From: Trichoplax adhaerens
Taxonomy: Eukaryota > Animalia > Placozoa
DNA: 64,000 nt
Reading direction: 5' to 3'
Assembly: GCF_000150275.1 (NCBI RefSeq)
Contig: NW_002060956.1
Location: 1,734,280-1,798,279, forward strand
Shown: positions 24,113 through 37,600 of the stretch, one piece after another
Position numbering within the stretch: the stretch's first letter is position 1
How the letters are laid out: every line of letters starts with the position of its first letter
Made by a program: the position numbers and the translations under genes
The notes under the pieces: generated by a model
Databases searched by the model: none
Seen by the model: the letters and a program-made list of their open reading frames with translations, nothing else
Told to the model about the DNA's origin: nothing

Positions 24113-27071
24113 TCAGAAATTCTCGCTACCAGGGGGCTTGATTTCGATAAGATAACGCAAAGTTTTACTGTTGATCCAGCTGAAGGTGTTATCAAACACT
24201 ACCGTATCTAATTACCAAAAATTGATAGTCAGTTGTATTTTAGTTACTGTTAATGATAAAGTTTTGTACCTAACCCTTCTTCACGTAATTCATAATACAG
24301 TCGATTACAACTTACATTGACCAGGATCTTCACAACAGTAGCTACCAATTTCCGTGTACAAGTGACTATCACGGCGTAGTAAAGTAACCTTTTCAAAATT
24401 GAATATCGGAATTACATAATAGAACTTATAGAAAGCCTAAATAAAATTTGATAGTCAATTCCTTACAACGTCAAGTTTTTCAGTGTTGCCGTTATTAGAA
24501 GATATACTCTTGTAAATACCAAAGGCAATGTTGTGATTGTCAGTTTTAAATTCCCAACTAAATTGGTTGAATAAAAATATGTACTTCGGTTAATTTATCT
24601 TACAATCGTTAACTTTAAAAACATTTCTAATGTACCAGATTTCTGTTCCAGGAGTATCAATGTCAAAGTCCATGGAAAGAGTGTCCCTAGCTCCAACATG
24701 AACTGTTGAATACTTATCTAATGATTGATCACAGTCCGTATTTGCCAAATAATAAGATTTCGGCACATCGCCACCTTTACCTATCTATTCATAATAGTGT
24801 TATGTTCGAGTTAGTTATTGGGTTAATGACATTAAAGTAGCTAAATCTCTTCAGCATAATGAATCGAGCAAATTCGTCTTACAAGTGCTGAACAGTATGG
24901 ATCACCATTTTCGTCCACGAGTTCACCGCCAAGAAATTTTGGTAAATACTTGCTACCCACGGCTTCAACCAACTTACTCTCATAATTCCCTTAAGTTTAT
25001 GTAGACACGATTTCGAAATAATAATGAAAGAAATTGTTAATAAGCACGACATACCAATATCCTTACGGTACATAAAAATACGCTGTTATGCACATATTAG
25101 GATTATACCAGCGAAAATATGAACTTTTTGTCGAGTTCTTTCATTTAAGAAAGGTTTTATTGCCGCATAAATCACATAAAAGATCTTAGGAGCTGCATAA
25201 AAATGAATAAACTTAAGATTGTTAACAGTAAAATTAGATCGTATGTGACACTTAGTTATTAGATGATACTATTCTACAGCTCTAATTATTTTTAAGGTTT
25301 ATATTCTATGCGGCTTCATACCATTTACAATATATACAGCGTCCATTAATTCTGGATAATTTTCATCATATATTTTAGTCATCTAGTCCATAAATAGTTT
25401 TAGATAGTTGTTGATATAAATTTTTAAGATGAAGTTCAGTTATTATAGGAAATTAAAGTTACTTTAACATATTCATACCGTGGTTTAAGTTTGACTTACC
25501 TGAGCGAAAAATGTTATAGCTGAAAATGTTAAAGCAAAACGTTAGAACACGGTATTGACGACGTGAAGAAATGCAAACGTGTATAACTAATATTATAACT
25601 TAAAGTACGTGAACTTAGGTTTAGTCATCAGGACGACAAGGAAATGCTACTTACATGGTCTATGCATATTTTTTAAGCCAAATCCTTCAAAGTCTTGTAT
25701 GAATACCATTCCTTTAACATTACGGCCAGTCTGTAAGATGTCAGCAAATATAATAAATTCAATAAATAATTAGGTACCATAGCAATTGTAGAAAAACATA
25801 AACTTCGAACTAACTTAATCTTTAAGATGCATAAATCCTCATATTAATTTAAATCTACACAAAAATACCTCCTTTGATTTTTCTTCCATCAAACTATTAC
25901 ATTTTTCAACCAATCGTAAGCAGTATTTCGTCATTTCTTGCCTACGGACGGAGAGGTAAATACCTAATGGATTCAAAGAAATATATCGCATAGTTATAAT
26001 CTTTTAGTTTACAGGTAAAAACAGTGAATGCAGACTAAGCATGAATCACTACTATTTAGCATTCTAAAATGAGTATATCTTATATGCAGAAACAATATAA
26101 CGGCAAATAGATTATCTTACCTTTACGATCAATTATACCGTTACGCATGACCATCAGTGGCGCTCCAGTTTTAGTAAATCCAATAATATTTGCAGCTTGA
26201 TAAGTTTGTATTACCTTTGGTAAAATTAAATTTGTATTGTTTACTGTTGCTTTTCATTATTTCACTTATGAAGAATCATTGTACATCCATATATAATACA
26301 CATATAATGAATCTCTAACAAATACTGTGTATGGCGATGGTGATAAATTTGATAACTTACTTCTGGCACATTGAAGTCATCCATGATTGTATCCAACTTC
26401 ATTTCTTTACGATAGATCATAGACTGCCAAAGTAATGATACAATGCACAGCAACAGTTTTATCATTATGACTTACAACCATCGTTTCAAAACCAGTAAAA
26501 GCTATTATTATGTTATATTGCTAATATACTTTACAAATCATTTCTTCGGCCTTTGATACGTTAAAATCGCGAGCTATTATGGTAGCAATCATTATAGCAA
26601 CAGAAAAATATTCACTTAGAATAATGCTTAAAAAAGTTGATATATAATAATTATCGACATAATATTATTACCTCGTAGCCATCTCAACAAATAATGATCA
26701 TTTGAAACTCGTTCCGTAGGAATCTTTCCTTTAACGTTTTCACGAAACTATTGCAAATCAATTAGCCAACGTCATCATATATATGTGCATACGCAGGTCA
26801 ACTACAATTATTGTATAGACTATATATCTACAATTTAATGACCGAAGAAATTTTAAACGCTATACATAAGAGCAATGAAGCGTCTTCAAATTATAAATGC
26901 CTAGGCTATACGGCCACAATCTCATAATAATTAATACTGCTCATTAACTGGGTTGCTTTTCGAAAACGAGTTGGTTGTAAAGCTCAGAAATAAATATAGA
27001 CTATTTATTTGACTTACTTCATCTAGAGCAGCCTGTTGCGACGGGTTTAAATCTCCTTCGAATCCGCTCAT
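24113..27071 (-). CDS. SEC14L2-like: SEC14-like lipid-binding protein A (CRAL-TRIO + GOLD), 15 exons, ~393 aa
   Basis: GT-AG exons: 27071-27018, 26747-26672, 26573-26530, 26423-26361, 26214-26121, 25963-25869, 25730-25655, 25519-25500, 25382-25322, 25192-25109, 24989-24883, 24784-24636, 24557-24467, 24388-24316, 24207-24113. Translation: MSGFEGDLNPSQQAALDE/FRENV..DHYLLRWLR/ARDFNVSKAEEM..ENYPE..APKIF..KPFL..WEFKTD..FDNTFSWINSK. Confidence 0.93.
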
Positions 27072-30000
27072 ATTTCCCGATTCCTAAAATTTTTCGATTG
27101 AAATTAAAACCAAGATTATTAAAAAACTGAAATATTTGATATGGGCGTATGATACCGTACATACAGTATTACTATTAGTTGAATTTTCCTTGATCTAGAA
27201 TTAAATGTAGACAATTTACAGTTTAGGCAGTCGAATAAGATTCTTTTTGAGCCATAAGAAAATAATGCTATTTCGAATATGTTAAATACAACTAGTTTTA
27301 TTTTCACTTTTTAAAGCAGAGAATTTGAAGATTTGCAGGTATAGTACTGAATTGTTGAGGATCCAATGCTTAATTTTATTGATTATTATAGTGCTTTCTT
27401 TCTTACGTATTGATGTAAAAGCGTATTCAGTAATTCAATTCTATGGAGTAGAAAGATGGTGAAATATTCGCAAAAGGGGTAATATCATTTCTTTTTATTA
27501 GACCAATCAATTGCAAACTTATGTTGGCTATTTGTAATGTACTTTATTCCTTTATCTATTGAACGATGGCCATCAGCCATGATTACTTTGGCATTACAAA
27601 GTTTTTAGATTGCGAGAAAAGTTTTATCTCATTCGTACGAAACTGACTTTAGTGATGGCGATCACTGGTTACTACGGAAGTTTTTACACTGTTTACAGAC
27701 GAAATTAGCGATCAACCAACGTTCGACAATTTTAGTTTACATATGATTATTCAAAATAAGAAACGCCGTTTAATTCTTCTGAATAATACAAGCAATGTGG
27801 TGCCGATATGAAAATAAAAATGGCTATGGGTTTAGCAACTTAGTTATTTCACGATAATCTAAAGTACCATAGATAGGACCACTAGGAGAAGTAGGTCTTC
27901 TTCTAGTAGTCTATGACCATAACTGTACTAAGGTGGATTGATTGATAGCAGAAATAAGAAATATTATTCTTTCGTGGACTGATAAATTGGCAAATTAATT
28001 GATGCATACGTGCCAACGTTAGCATTTAAAAGCGTCAACAATTGACTTATGCATGATTTACGCTGTAAAAGTGTATGATAAAATAGCTCCAGTTTACATT
28101 TTTTTACTTCAAGATTATTCTATCATCACCATTCAATAGTGATCTTCATGTTTAAATACATGAATAAACGAGAGATCGTCTATCAAAGTAGTGGAAATTG
28201 TCTTGTCATGCGGTACCGGCTTAATTTAAAATGTTTATATAGTACTGTAACTATTCACATCAAGGTCATGGTAATTAATGTTTTGTGGTAGCATAAGACA
28301 AACAATAGCATGTCCGTCAATAACGTTACTGTACTTCCTACACACTTAAATCAGTACCGGCAATCATTAATTTAATTGAATTAGTAATTTAGTTCTGGCT
28401 GAATCACTATACGCGCAGTAAAGGATAAGTTATGCTGATGTGCATACATGATATTGGATTAAGCCAATTTAAAAGGGGCAGTAAGAAGGATTTTGGAAAA
28501 AGTTAATCAAGCAAGAGTGGTTGCCATCATATAATTATTATAATATTAATTATCGCCAAATAATGACAATGTCTAATAGGCATAAGACTGTTAGATCTGG
28601 TCAATCAATAGCAGAATGTTTCGTTTAATGCGATCCACAGTCATCAGTCATACACTGACAACATTGGGCTACAAGTACAGCCAAAAATTCAGCGAGACCG
28701 AGTTTAATTTATTTTACTTACACTGCCACTGTAGCTGGTTCGACAACAAGAAATTTATTGTACAGTATGTAAATGAAATTCGAAGGACTAGAGGGAGTTT
28801 TTAAGCAATGAATTTGATTTCTAGTTAAAAATGATAAAAACTGCAGAGGACTGGCTATCGTGGACCATTTTAGCCTAAGCAATCGTACGTAAATACTCGT
28901 TAGATTTGATACGAACTACCAAGGACTTGTACAAAAGAAAGGTACAGTACCGATGGATTTTAAAGCCAATGGTAGAACAGAATTTTTTGTTTACGATAAC
29001 GAATGATTGATTTTTTCCCTAGGAGGTAAGAAGGGATGGAAATTATCTCATGAGGTTGGTATAACGAAGAAAAGATTCATCCACTGCTAGCATTTTCTGA
29101 TATGCAAGAGATACTAATATCTACTTGAATCAAATTTGAGCAGGTAAACGAGATTATTGTAAGAGTCAGATATTACTGTTGATCGGAGATTTTTATTGAA
29201 AAATAAAAATATGTACAAGTATTCATCGTCCACCAGCACACAGTGTACTGTACACTCTTTGGGACTATTTCATCTACGTTGTTGTGATTTGGGAAATGTG
29301 GCAAATTAGGCCGTTGTATTGAATCAGATAGACAACTACAGAAGATAATGTTGGGCTTTCACCGCTTGTCATCAAGTAATTAGCCCAATGCTACGCTGGA
29401 CATAATGTAATAGAAGTAAGTCATAACTCGTCACAAGCGTCGATGAATCTAGCTATTCCATTTGGATACCATGGATAACATGCTGAAGGCGATACTCAGT
29501 TGGTGTTACGTCGATATTGGATTTTACGATATTATAATGCAAAGAAATATTATTGTACTGTACAGTAGAGTAACTGGAGAATTGGAGTCGATTGATGTAA
29601 CTACGAAATTGGGCAGCCTAGTTCTTGAGAATTCGAGTAGTACTCTCTATTAGGACTAGTGTTGACTATTTTTTTTTTCTCTCTCTCTCTTTCTCTGTTA
29701 TTGACATTGCCGTTATCGTTATTCTATTAAGGTTAATATTGTTGAATTAACTTGCAGGGAGTGAAAATGTATATTGTCGTTCAATCAACGAACATGACTT
29801 ACTTTTTCGATTAAAGTGGGTTGTGGCTTGAATTGACCTTTAGATACTACCCAAACTTTTCAACAATTTCCGTAATGACAGAATGATTTCGAATATTCAC
29901 TTTTATGAATAATCAATCCAGCTAGCCAGTCGAAGTAGGAGCTATGGCAGCAAGGAGCTTTGAAGCAATGGCGGAGATTTTCCAAGTGTCAATGAATTTC

Positions 30001-30092
30001 CTCGTTGAGGCGTGATGAAATGACTGAGCTGTCGTCACTCGTCGCGTTTGGCCACGGCCGTCAGACTTGTCACTCAATCAATTTCCGAAGAC

Positions 30093-30340
30093 AGTACTGC
30101 ACTGTACTGTACTCAGTGCTGTACGTACTGTAATGTGTCATACCGTACGAGCGTGACCTTTCAACTACACAACCACGGCGATCGATAGCAAGCAGGTTGA
30201 ATCTTGCAACATAACATCAATATCCACCTATTGTGGAACTGGTACAGTACTGTACTGTACAGTGTACAGTACAGAACAGTACGATAAGGTACTGTACACT
30301 CAGTGTACAGTACTTTACTGCATTTTTTAGTACTGTACAG
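30093..30340. repeat. Low-complexity (CAGTA/TACTG)n tract
   Basis: Two clusters (~30093-30132 and ~30242-30340) of mixed cagta, tactg and gtacag units. Confidence 0.75.
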
Positions 30341-31933
30341 CGCAATGATCAATCTGATATGAAGCAATGGACGAGAAAACCCTCGAACGAAAAAGAAGCA
30401 GAAGCTCCTCTTGAAATCGCCTTTGCATGACGATGAAACACGAATTAGAGTATGCTGGCTACTAAATAAAGCAATTAGTAGCGCTACTTATAAACTATGT
30501 GAAAAAGATTAGAAAAAGAATCTCGCTTTACAGTATACTGCAACAACGTTACTCTACCATAATATTCAGGCTAACAGTGGTAGAGTAGAATCTGTACTGT
30601 CTACGATTTCAGAACAGTGCTCAGAGAAGAGAATAGCAGAGGTCAAACAGTGAATACAGCCATGACTTTAAGGTCAAATCAATGAATTGACAGTTTACAA
30701 TTGCCAGTACTGTCTATTAAACCTTAATCAATGCTAATCATTCACCGACAGCATGATGGCTTTCATTGATTAACTGTCAACTCTGCTTGATTTGGGAGGC
30801 CAAGAAAGAGCTTTATTAGGTTTGGTAAACAGGTCAAGTTGATGGATGATCAGTAGTCCATACTCGTTCCTCCAGAGTATTAATACTGGGCTAGAGCGGT
30901 GGATGGGTTCGCAATCCGACAACCCGAAATTACACTCCTAATTACTGTATTGAGCTAAAGTCGTTGCTGCTAGTCTAGTTGCTAGTCTAGTTTATGGCTG
31001 TTTTCGATTAGGAATAGGGTCTAGGCTGTAACACAGCGGCCACAAGTTTCATTTTGGAACCATTGAATGATTTTCTAAAGTCAGAATAAGAATTCAAATT
31101 TTCGCCATTGAGTCATGATTGTGAGCCAAACCAATATTGAGAGATAGAACTATAATGTATCTATCGTAAAAACTTCCCAAACGATACAAATCAGAAAGAA
31201 AGGAAAATTTGTAACCCAGACATAATGTAAAGCAAGAATCAGCGACTGAATTCCCTGCCGAAAGCAATCCAACAATTATACAATATAATTCTTGACCAAA
31301 GTAAAACTTAGACCGGTATTAGCTTGCTGAAGTATTTCTTTAATTCTATTTCTCTTCTCTGCCAAACTATCGCACTTTGTCGTCATTTACATACGTACTT
31401 AACAGATCTAGCAAATGCCGATTTAAAACTATAGTTATCGTCCAACAGTCCAATCCATTTAAATTAGGGAGAAACGACAATTTGCGACCTGGACATACTG
31501 CAGATTAAGTAGATTGATACTGATAGTACAGTAGTACGTTGGTACCGTCATAGCTGAAAAATCAATTGATTAATGTTGTTCTGTAATCTGATTTAGTCCA
31601 GCAATGAATCATACGTACAAGCCCAGAAAGTATATTACTAAACAGACAATCGAAACGTAACGAAGTCTACCTACAATCAACAACTACGGTACAGTATAGA
31701 CTGTATGCAATCAAAACGAAGATAGACTAACATCGATAACTTAAGACCAGGATAATACGTTCGAATTTATGTTCTATTCTATGATAAAGAACTGCTAATT
31801 CCTAACGATAGTCCACAAAAAAAAGTTATCATAACAATCATTTATATTGTTCTAGGTCTATTTGCTCTACGACTACTTTGTTTAATTCATACGTATTATG
31901 ATTACTTCTGTAGTAAAATTAAAATAAAATAAA

Positions 31934-32435
31934 GAGTTTCTGAAACTAACCTCTATCGCGATTATATGTGATTATTATCATATCATAGTTAATAAACGAA
32001 TTTTAAGTTTACCATTGCTTTACGTATTGGTTTGCAGTTTGTACTGCGTAGCTAATGAATCGCTAGTTCTGCAATCTTACGGTATATACTTAACATATGC
32101 ACTACACGTATGTGCAGTTATTTTTTACAGCGCGTTGCAATGAAGAAGAATTTCTGAATAAACCTCTATCATATACGCGTATAATTAATTATCATTATCA
32201 CAGTTCATTAACTTTAGCTTTCCCGGTGTTTTACTTTGTTTTACGTAGCTAATGATGAATTATTAGTTCTATAGATCTTACGCTATACTTACATACGTAT
32301 GTGTGAATTTCTGAAATTAACCTATATCACGGCCACTTTATAATTATTATCAAAATAAAGAGATTAATCATAAGTTTGCAAGTAGTCTGTGCATTGCGAA
32401 GTTAATAAATAACTGCTGATCTTACAGTATATCTA
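31934..32435 (+). repeat. Three diverged tandem units
   Basis: Units start ga.tttctgaa..taacct.tatc at ~31934, ~32148 and ~32305, and each contains atcttac..tata later. Confidence 0.75.
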
Positions 32436-32959
32436 TGCATCAACAATATCTGATATGATATTTTGAGGTCATTACATTAAGATCCGTTTCAAAACACCAA
32501 CAATATTCAGTATAATAGTGAGTTGGTGATTGCAGAAATAAAGCATTACTGGTCATGAAAGCATAAAGCAAACGAAGGAGCTAGATTTATTGCCAAAAGA
32601 TTCATATGATTGACTAAGCGGACAAATTGAATGAATCAACATAGCTTTTCCGCTTAATATGAATTTCAGGTAGCATAATCTGTAAAGACTGCCTGTTAAT
32701 ATTATGAAGTAGTACTAATAGTCTTATAGTACTTCGTTTTATCATTCATGATGGCCCTTCATAGAGCTAAGCTTCAGTTCATTTTTGTAGCTTATATACT
32801 TAAACAGTACCTAGTTTACTCATCTATATGGATAAAACAAGTTTTACTAAACAAAGAATAGGTGCAAGGTACCGCAGCTATGAATAGAATACCAGCATCG
32901 AATCAGTAACTATTATAATATTACAAAGTTTAATTTTAAACCATTACTGTTATTAGTTT

Positions 32960-33495
32960 TGCTCTCATAATAGTTGTCACAATTTCACTTCTGCGACAAG
33001 GTGACGTACAGTAAAGATCTATAAGTAGCTCCTGACTTAAACGCCCTTTTACTTAACGCTAAACACTCAGCAAAATACTGTAAAGATGAAACTTTTATTA
33101 GCAACGATACATCTACAACTTTTTACCACACCACTCAATTAAAATGTTCCCGTTTATATAGGAACCGTCTAATTTGTAAACAACAACAGTATTATTATTA
33201 TACCTTACTAGGAGAAGCATCTCGAACTGAGATATTCCTTTCATAGCTTTTCTATCAGTAATTATTTTGAATCTCTTACTCATACTTAATCTTAATCGAA
33301 GCTCGTAGGTTGTCTAATTCAACTATCATCAACTAGAACTTGAATCATCTTACTGCTATCTATCACACAATAACAATCAATATTAAATATGTAATGAACT
33401 ATCACGAACAACATCCACATTAAGGCATTACTTATCTTACCTAGTACTACAAATATGGATATTCTCTATACTAGCTACTACTGTACTTATTAACT
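32960..33495 (+). repeat. Dispersed ~520-bp repeat, copy 1 (inverted copy at ~59525-60040)
   Basis: Continuous reverse-complement similarity, e.g. ttcccgtttatataggaac, attattattataccttactaggaga and gcattacttatcttacctag. Confidence 0.85.
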
Positions 33496-34676
33496 TATTA
33501 AACTATCCTAATGACAAGGCGACACCGCAACAATAGTACATTTTAAGGTCCAGAATGTGAAGATGGAATGCAAATATCAATCAGAACCAGTACTATTGTA
33601 CAAATTATCGATAAACCGATTACACTAATTGCTAGAGCTTATATTTTTGGGTAATATTTCTAAACTGGATTGATAGTGGTGATAAAAAGACCCAGAATAC
33701 GATTTTAAACCATATAAGCATATTTTTACAAATTAATTTCACTTTCATAGACGAATTTTTATTATTGGCTAATAGTCAAAAATTACATTTCATGTCGAAA
33801 TCCTACTATATCGAAGGAAAAACAATATATCAGATGATCCTAAAACTTGATAGGTACCGGTAAGAATGCTTAAGAGGCTCTGTCCAAGTTTAGTAACGGA
33901 GATACTACCTAATTTTATTCTCTGCTTCTTCGCCCGAAAATGATGCACATAAATAGCTAAGTTAGATGCACATTGCATATTTAACATCGTACACATACAA
34001 AGTGGGTAAGGTACCTTATATAAATACAGTAAATATTTTTAGAATCATGGAAGCAAACCAGTTGCTTACTGAAGATTAGGCTAGTTTTACAGTTAATTAC
34101 AAGTATAGAAAGAACAACTCTGTTGAAATCTCAATATTATCTATCCAAGTCATATAAGCGGCAGCAATCTTTGTAAAGCTGCTATGATAGGTCAGTATTT
34201 GGCTATTAAATTTAAGGAAAGGAATTAAAATTAATTAGTGAGCCCTATCAAGGCATTTCTATTTTTACATAGCTCATAATATACCGTATAGAATTAATGT
34301 AAATTAAGATCTAGGCTTAGAAACTAAAGTTGCAGTTAAGTTTTTAAACCTAATACATACTGAATAAATAATAATCTATCTTTAAACAGAAGAATATAGA
34401 ATGAATGAAATTCTTCTGCTATTAAGATAGGAACTACATTATTTTCAAATCCTAGACCAGCAATATAAAATTTGTACAGCACTACGGTATTTACGTACTG
34501 TATCAGAGCTAATGATCTACAATAAAATACTCGTATATTTAATTCCAAGTAATATAAGTTATAAACCATGAATGTTCGTTCGCGAAGTTTCAAAATTACT
34601 ATTACTTCCATCAAATTATCTTTATCCATTAAATATTTAATGTTAAATGCCAACAAAATGTATGATGTTTTTTCGA

Positions 34677-37600
34677 TTAGTAATCGAATACATCATCGGA
34701 TTCTACTTCACGTGGACCTCTAAGTTCAATATCATATAGCAACCTTTTGCTATTTACCCAACTATACGTATTATCAAAGTACAGGACATCTATAGTAAGA
34801 AATATTTGAAATATGTTTGAGAAAACATAAAATTTTTCTACTTTCGTATGATATATGATATTTGTAGTTACATATAGCATAACATCATTTCATATTCGCC
34901 CTATTTTGCTTCAATATTGATAAAAAAGTGATAACACCTGGTCTACTCTAATCATTAAACTTACATTTTCCTGGCTCTTGACAAGTATAACTGCCATTTT
35001 CAAGGAAAGTATTACAATCACGACGTAAAACAGGCACCTAAATTATAAATAAGATAAAAATTCAGTCACTGAACTGAATAATTACTAATTGACTACGAGT
35101 AAAATCAATATTATTATAATATCCTGCTGCAAGACTAACCACAAACACCTGATTGGATGATTCACTGTCGCCTTCAATCACTTTGTATATGCCAAATCCA
35201 ATATTATGTTTATCTGTTCGAAATTTCCATCTATGAATTATAAATATGTAAGAAATGAATTACATTACATTTGTAAAAAGAAATAAAAGTATTTTCAATA
35301 TTATATAAGAGCAAGCTAATAAAAATTTACTTTATCATGGTTCCAGATTGTTTGATATCATAGGGCAATTTCAAATTATCTCTTCTATTGATCGTGACAG
35401 CTGTGTAATTATCAGTGGATTGCTCAGTAGATAATTCATTCAGGTAATAAGATTTGGGAATTTCACCACCCGGGCAGATCTGTATATATTAGGATTTTCA
35501 CACAAATATAGAAATATGCTATCAAGTTATAGAAAAATTGATTGTACTAAAAATAATGTATCAATTTAAAATATTCTATAGTTGCTTCACAACATTAAGT
35601 AGCTATTCTATCAGCTTATCTAGATAGTTTAGTTAAGAAAAGCTACGCGTAATATTGTAATAAAACAAAAGGAAAATAAGATATTGAAAATAGAAATGAG
35701 TATACAAAAGAATACCCAAAATTTTACAACCAGCCTATATCAAATGTTTAAGACGCTATGGTTGTCGCTCTCGGCTTTTATCATCACCTGTGACGGACAA
35801 TATGGATCGCCTGTTTCGTCTACAATTTCTCCACCTAGAGCCTTTGGTAGTTGATCGGCATCAATATAATCCAAAAGAGCAGTTTTATAGTTCCCTATAG
35901 ACGATCGAAAATCAATTAGGTAACGTCATTGCTTGACTCAACTGTTAAAGTAAGTGCAATTCTAAACTATTCGTATTAGGTTGGCAAGATTTGTATATAT
36001 ATAATATATTTAAATTTTATAACCGTTAGATTAATTACAATTCTAATGTCAGCTATGGCACTAATCACTTGTTGTAAGGTTGACTACAGAACGCATAAGA
36101 GCTATATAAGATATCGAGATGCTGTTCGTGGATCGAGATTTTAATATCGATTCACGAACATGCCTTACTATATAACAGAACTATAAAAATATTTATGACG
36201 GATAACTGATTTTAAATCAATAGATTTAATATTACTAAAATTACTTGACATGACTTGAATTTTTGATTTCGTCTTTTCGCTTATAAACGGCTTGATTAAG
36301 CCAAACGCGATGTAGAATATGCGTGGAGCTTAAACGAAAATAGATTTAAAAGACCATCATGTGATTAGCAAAATTTTATTTGATTATCTATTGCATTATT
36401 AAGCATGGATAGGTTGTGTATATTTGGTTATAAAAGAGCAATAATTAGTGAATTTAAAATTAGTCTAGGACTATAACTAAAGAATAAGTAAAATTGCAAG
36501 TCTATATAGTTCTATGATAGCAACAGATTTAAATAATCGGACGAATTTATACGCGATAGTGCAAAATTTTACTTGTAATACTTAAGCTTGAGAGCTATTC
36601 TGTTAGAAAAATTGATAGGTAAAACTTCATTCAAACGTAGAATTAAATTTACGATTTCAATAAAGCAATAGAGCGGAAGAAGATTAAATATTTAATTTTA
36701 GCATACTGTTAATCACGTAGACACTTTTCATCATTTCTGGATAATTATCTTCAAATAATGGCACGAGCTACGTGAATAAATTATATTTCAGATGTTAATA
36801 TAATAGCAAACTAAGATTTACGTATTAATATATAATAGTATAATAGTTTAAACTAACTATTGCTCTAGATGTGCTTTCTATCTCATGATAATTTATGACC
36901 AGAATGTAACAAATTTTTACGAAAGACTGCATGACTAATATTAATAACTTGCAGTTAATTTTAACAATAACCGCTATGGTATAATGTTTTACTAAACAAT
37001 TATTTACCTTTGAAAAGAGTGTAAATGCTGTTGAATGGAATAGAAAATTAGAAATAAATGGATTAGACCGAGAATTAAGATAGCTTAAACGTTGTTAATT
37101 GTATCAAAAATCCCCAAAATTAGAAATTTGGCAATGAATCTATGACAATACCAGCTACAAAAGTTAGACATGTAAAGTTTATAGATTCATTTTTTTCTAG
37201 CCAGAATCACTAGACGAATAACCAGAGATATAATTATAAAGCCTAACTCATAATGACCTGGCTTATACATATCTTTCATGCCAAATCCATCCATGTCATC
37301 TATAACTGTAATATTTTCAATAGTTCTTCCCAGCTACGAAAATGTATTCGAATAAATTCAAGGACATTCTACTTAGGATGTTATACATACTATCGCACCA
37401 AGTTGAAAAATAAACTTATACTTTAAAATATGTAAATAATTCTGTCAAAGAAATTAGTCGATCAGTTCGGTACCTTCTTCGATTGTTGTTGACATAAAAT
37501 TTTGGCTCTCTCCATCATGTAAAATCCATACGTAATGAAATCATCTTTTCTTACTGATTGCAGTAGTCCTGTATGATAGTCACCGCAGAGAATTGAAATT

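Noticed and set aside
26262-26465. ORF-track proteins at 26262-26465, 24879-25073, 34677-34880 and 58931-59131 as standalone genes
   Set aside because: They overlap single SEC14-like exons and run into introns.
30161-30430. ORFs on both strands rich in C/T/V/Q/Y
   Set aside because: Artefacts of the CAGTA/TACTG low-complexity tract.
31934-32435. Spaced repeats as a CRISPR-like array
   Set aside because: The units are long, diverged tandem duplicates without unique spacers, in a eukaryotic context with no cas genes.
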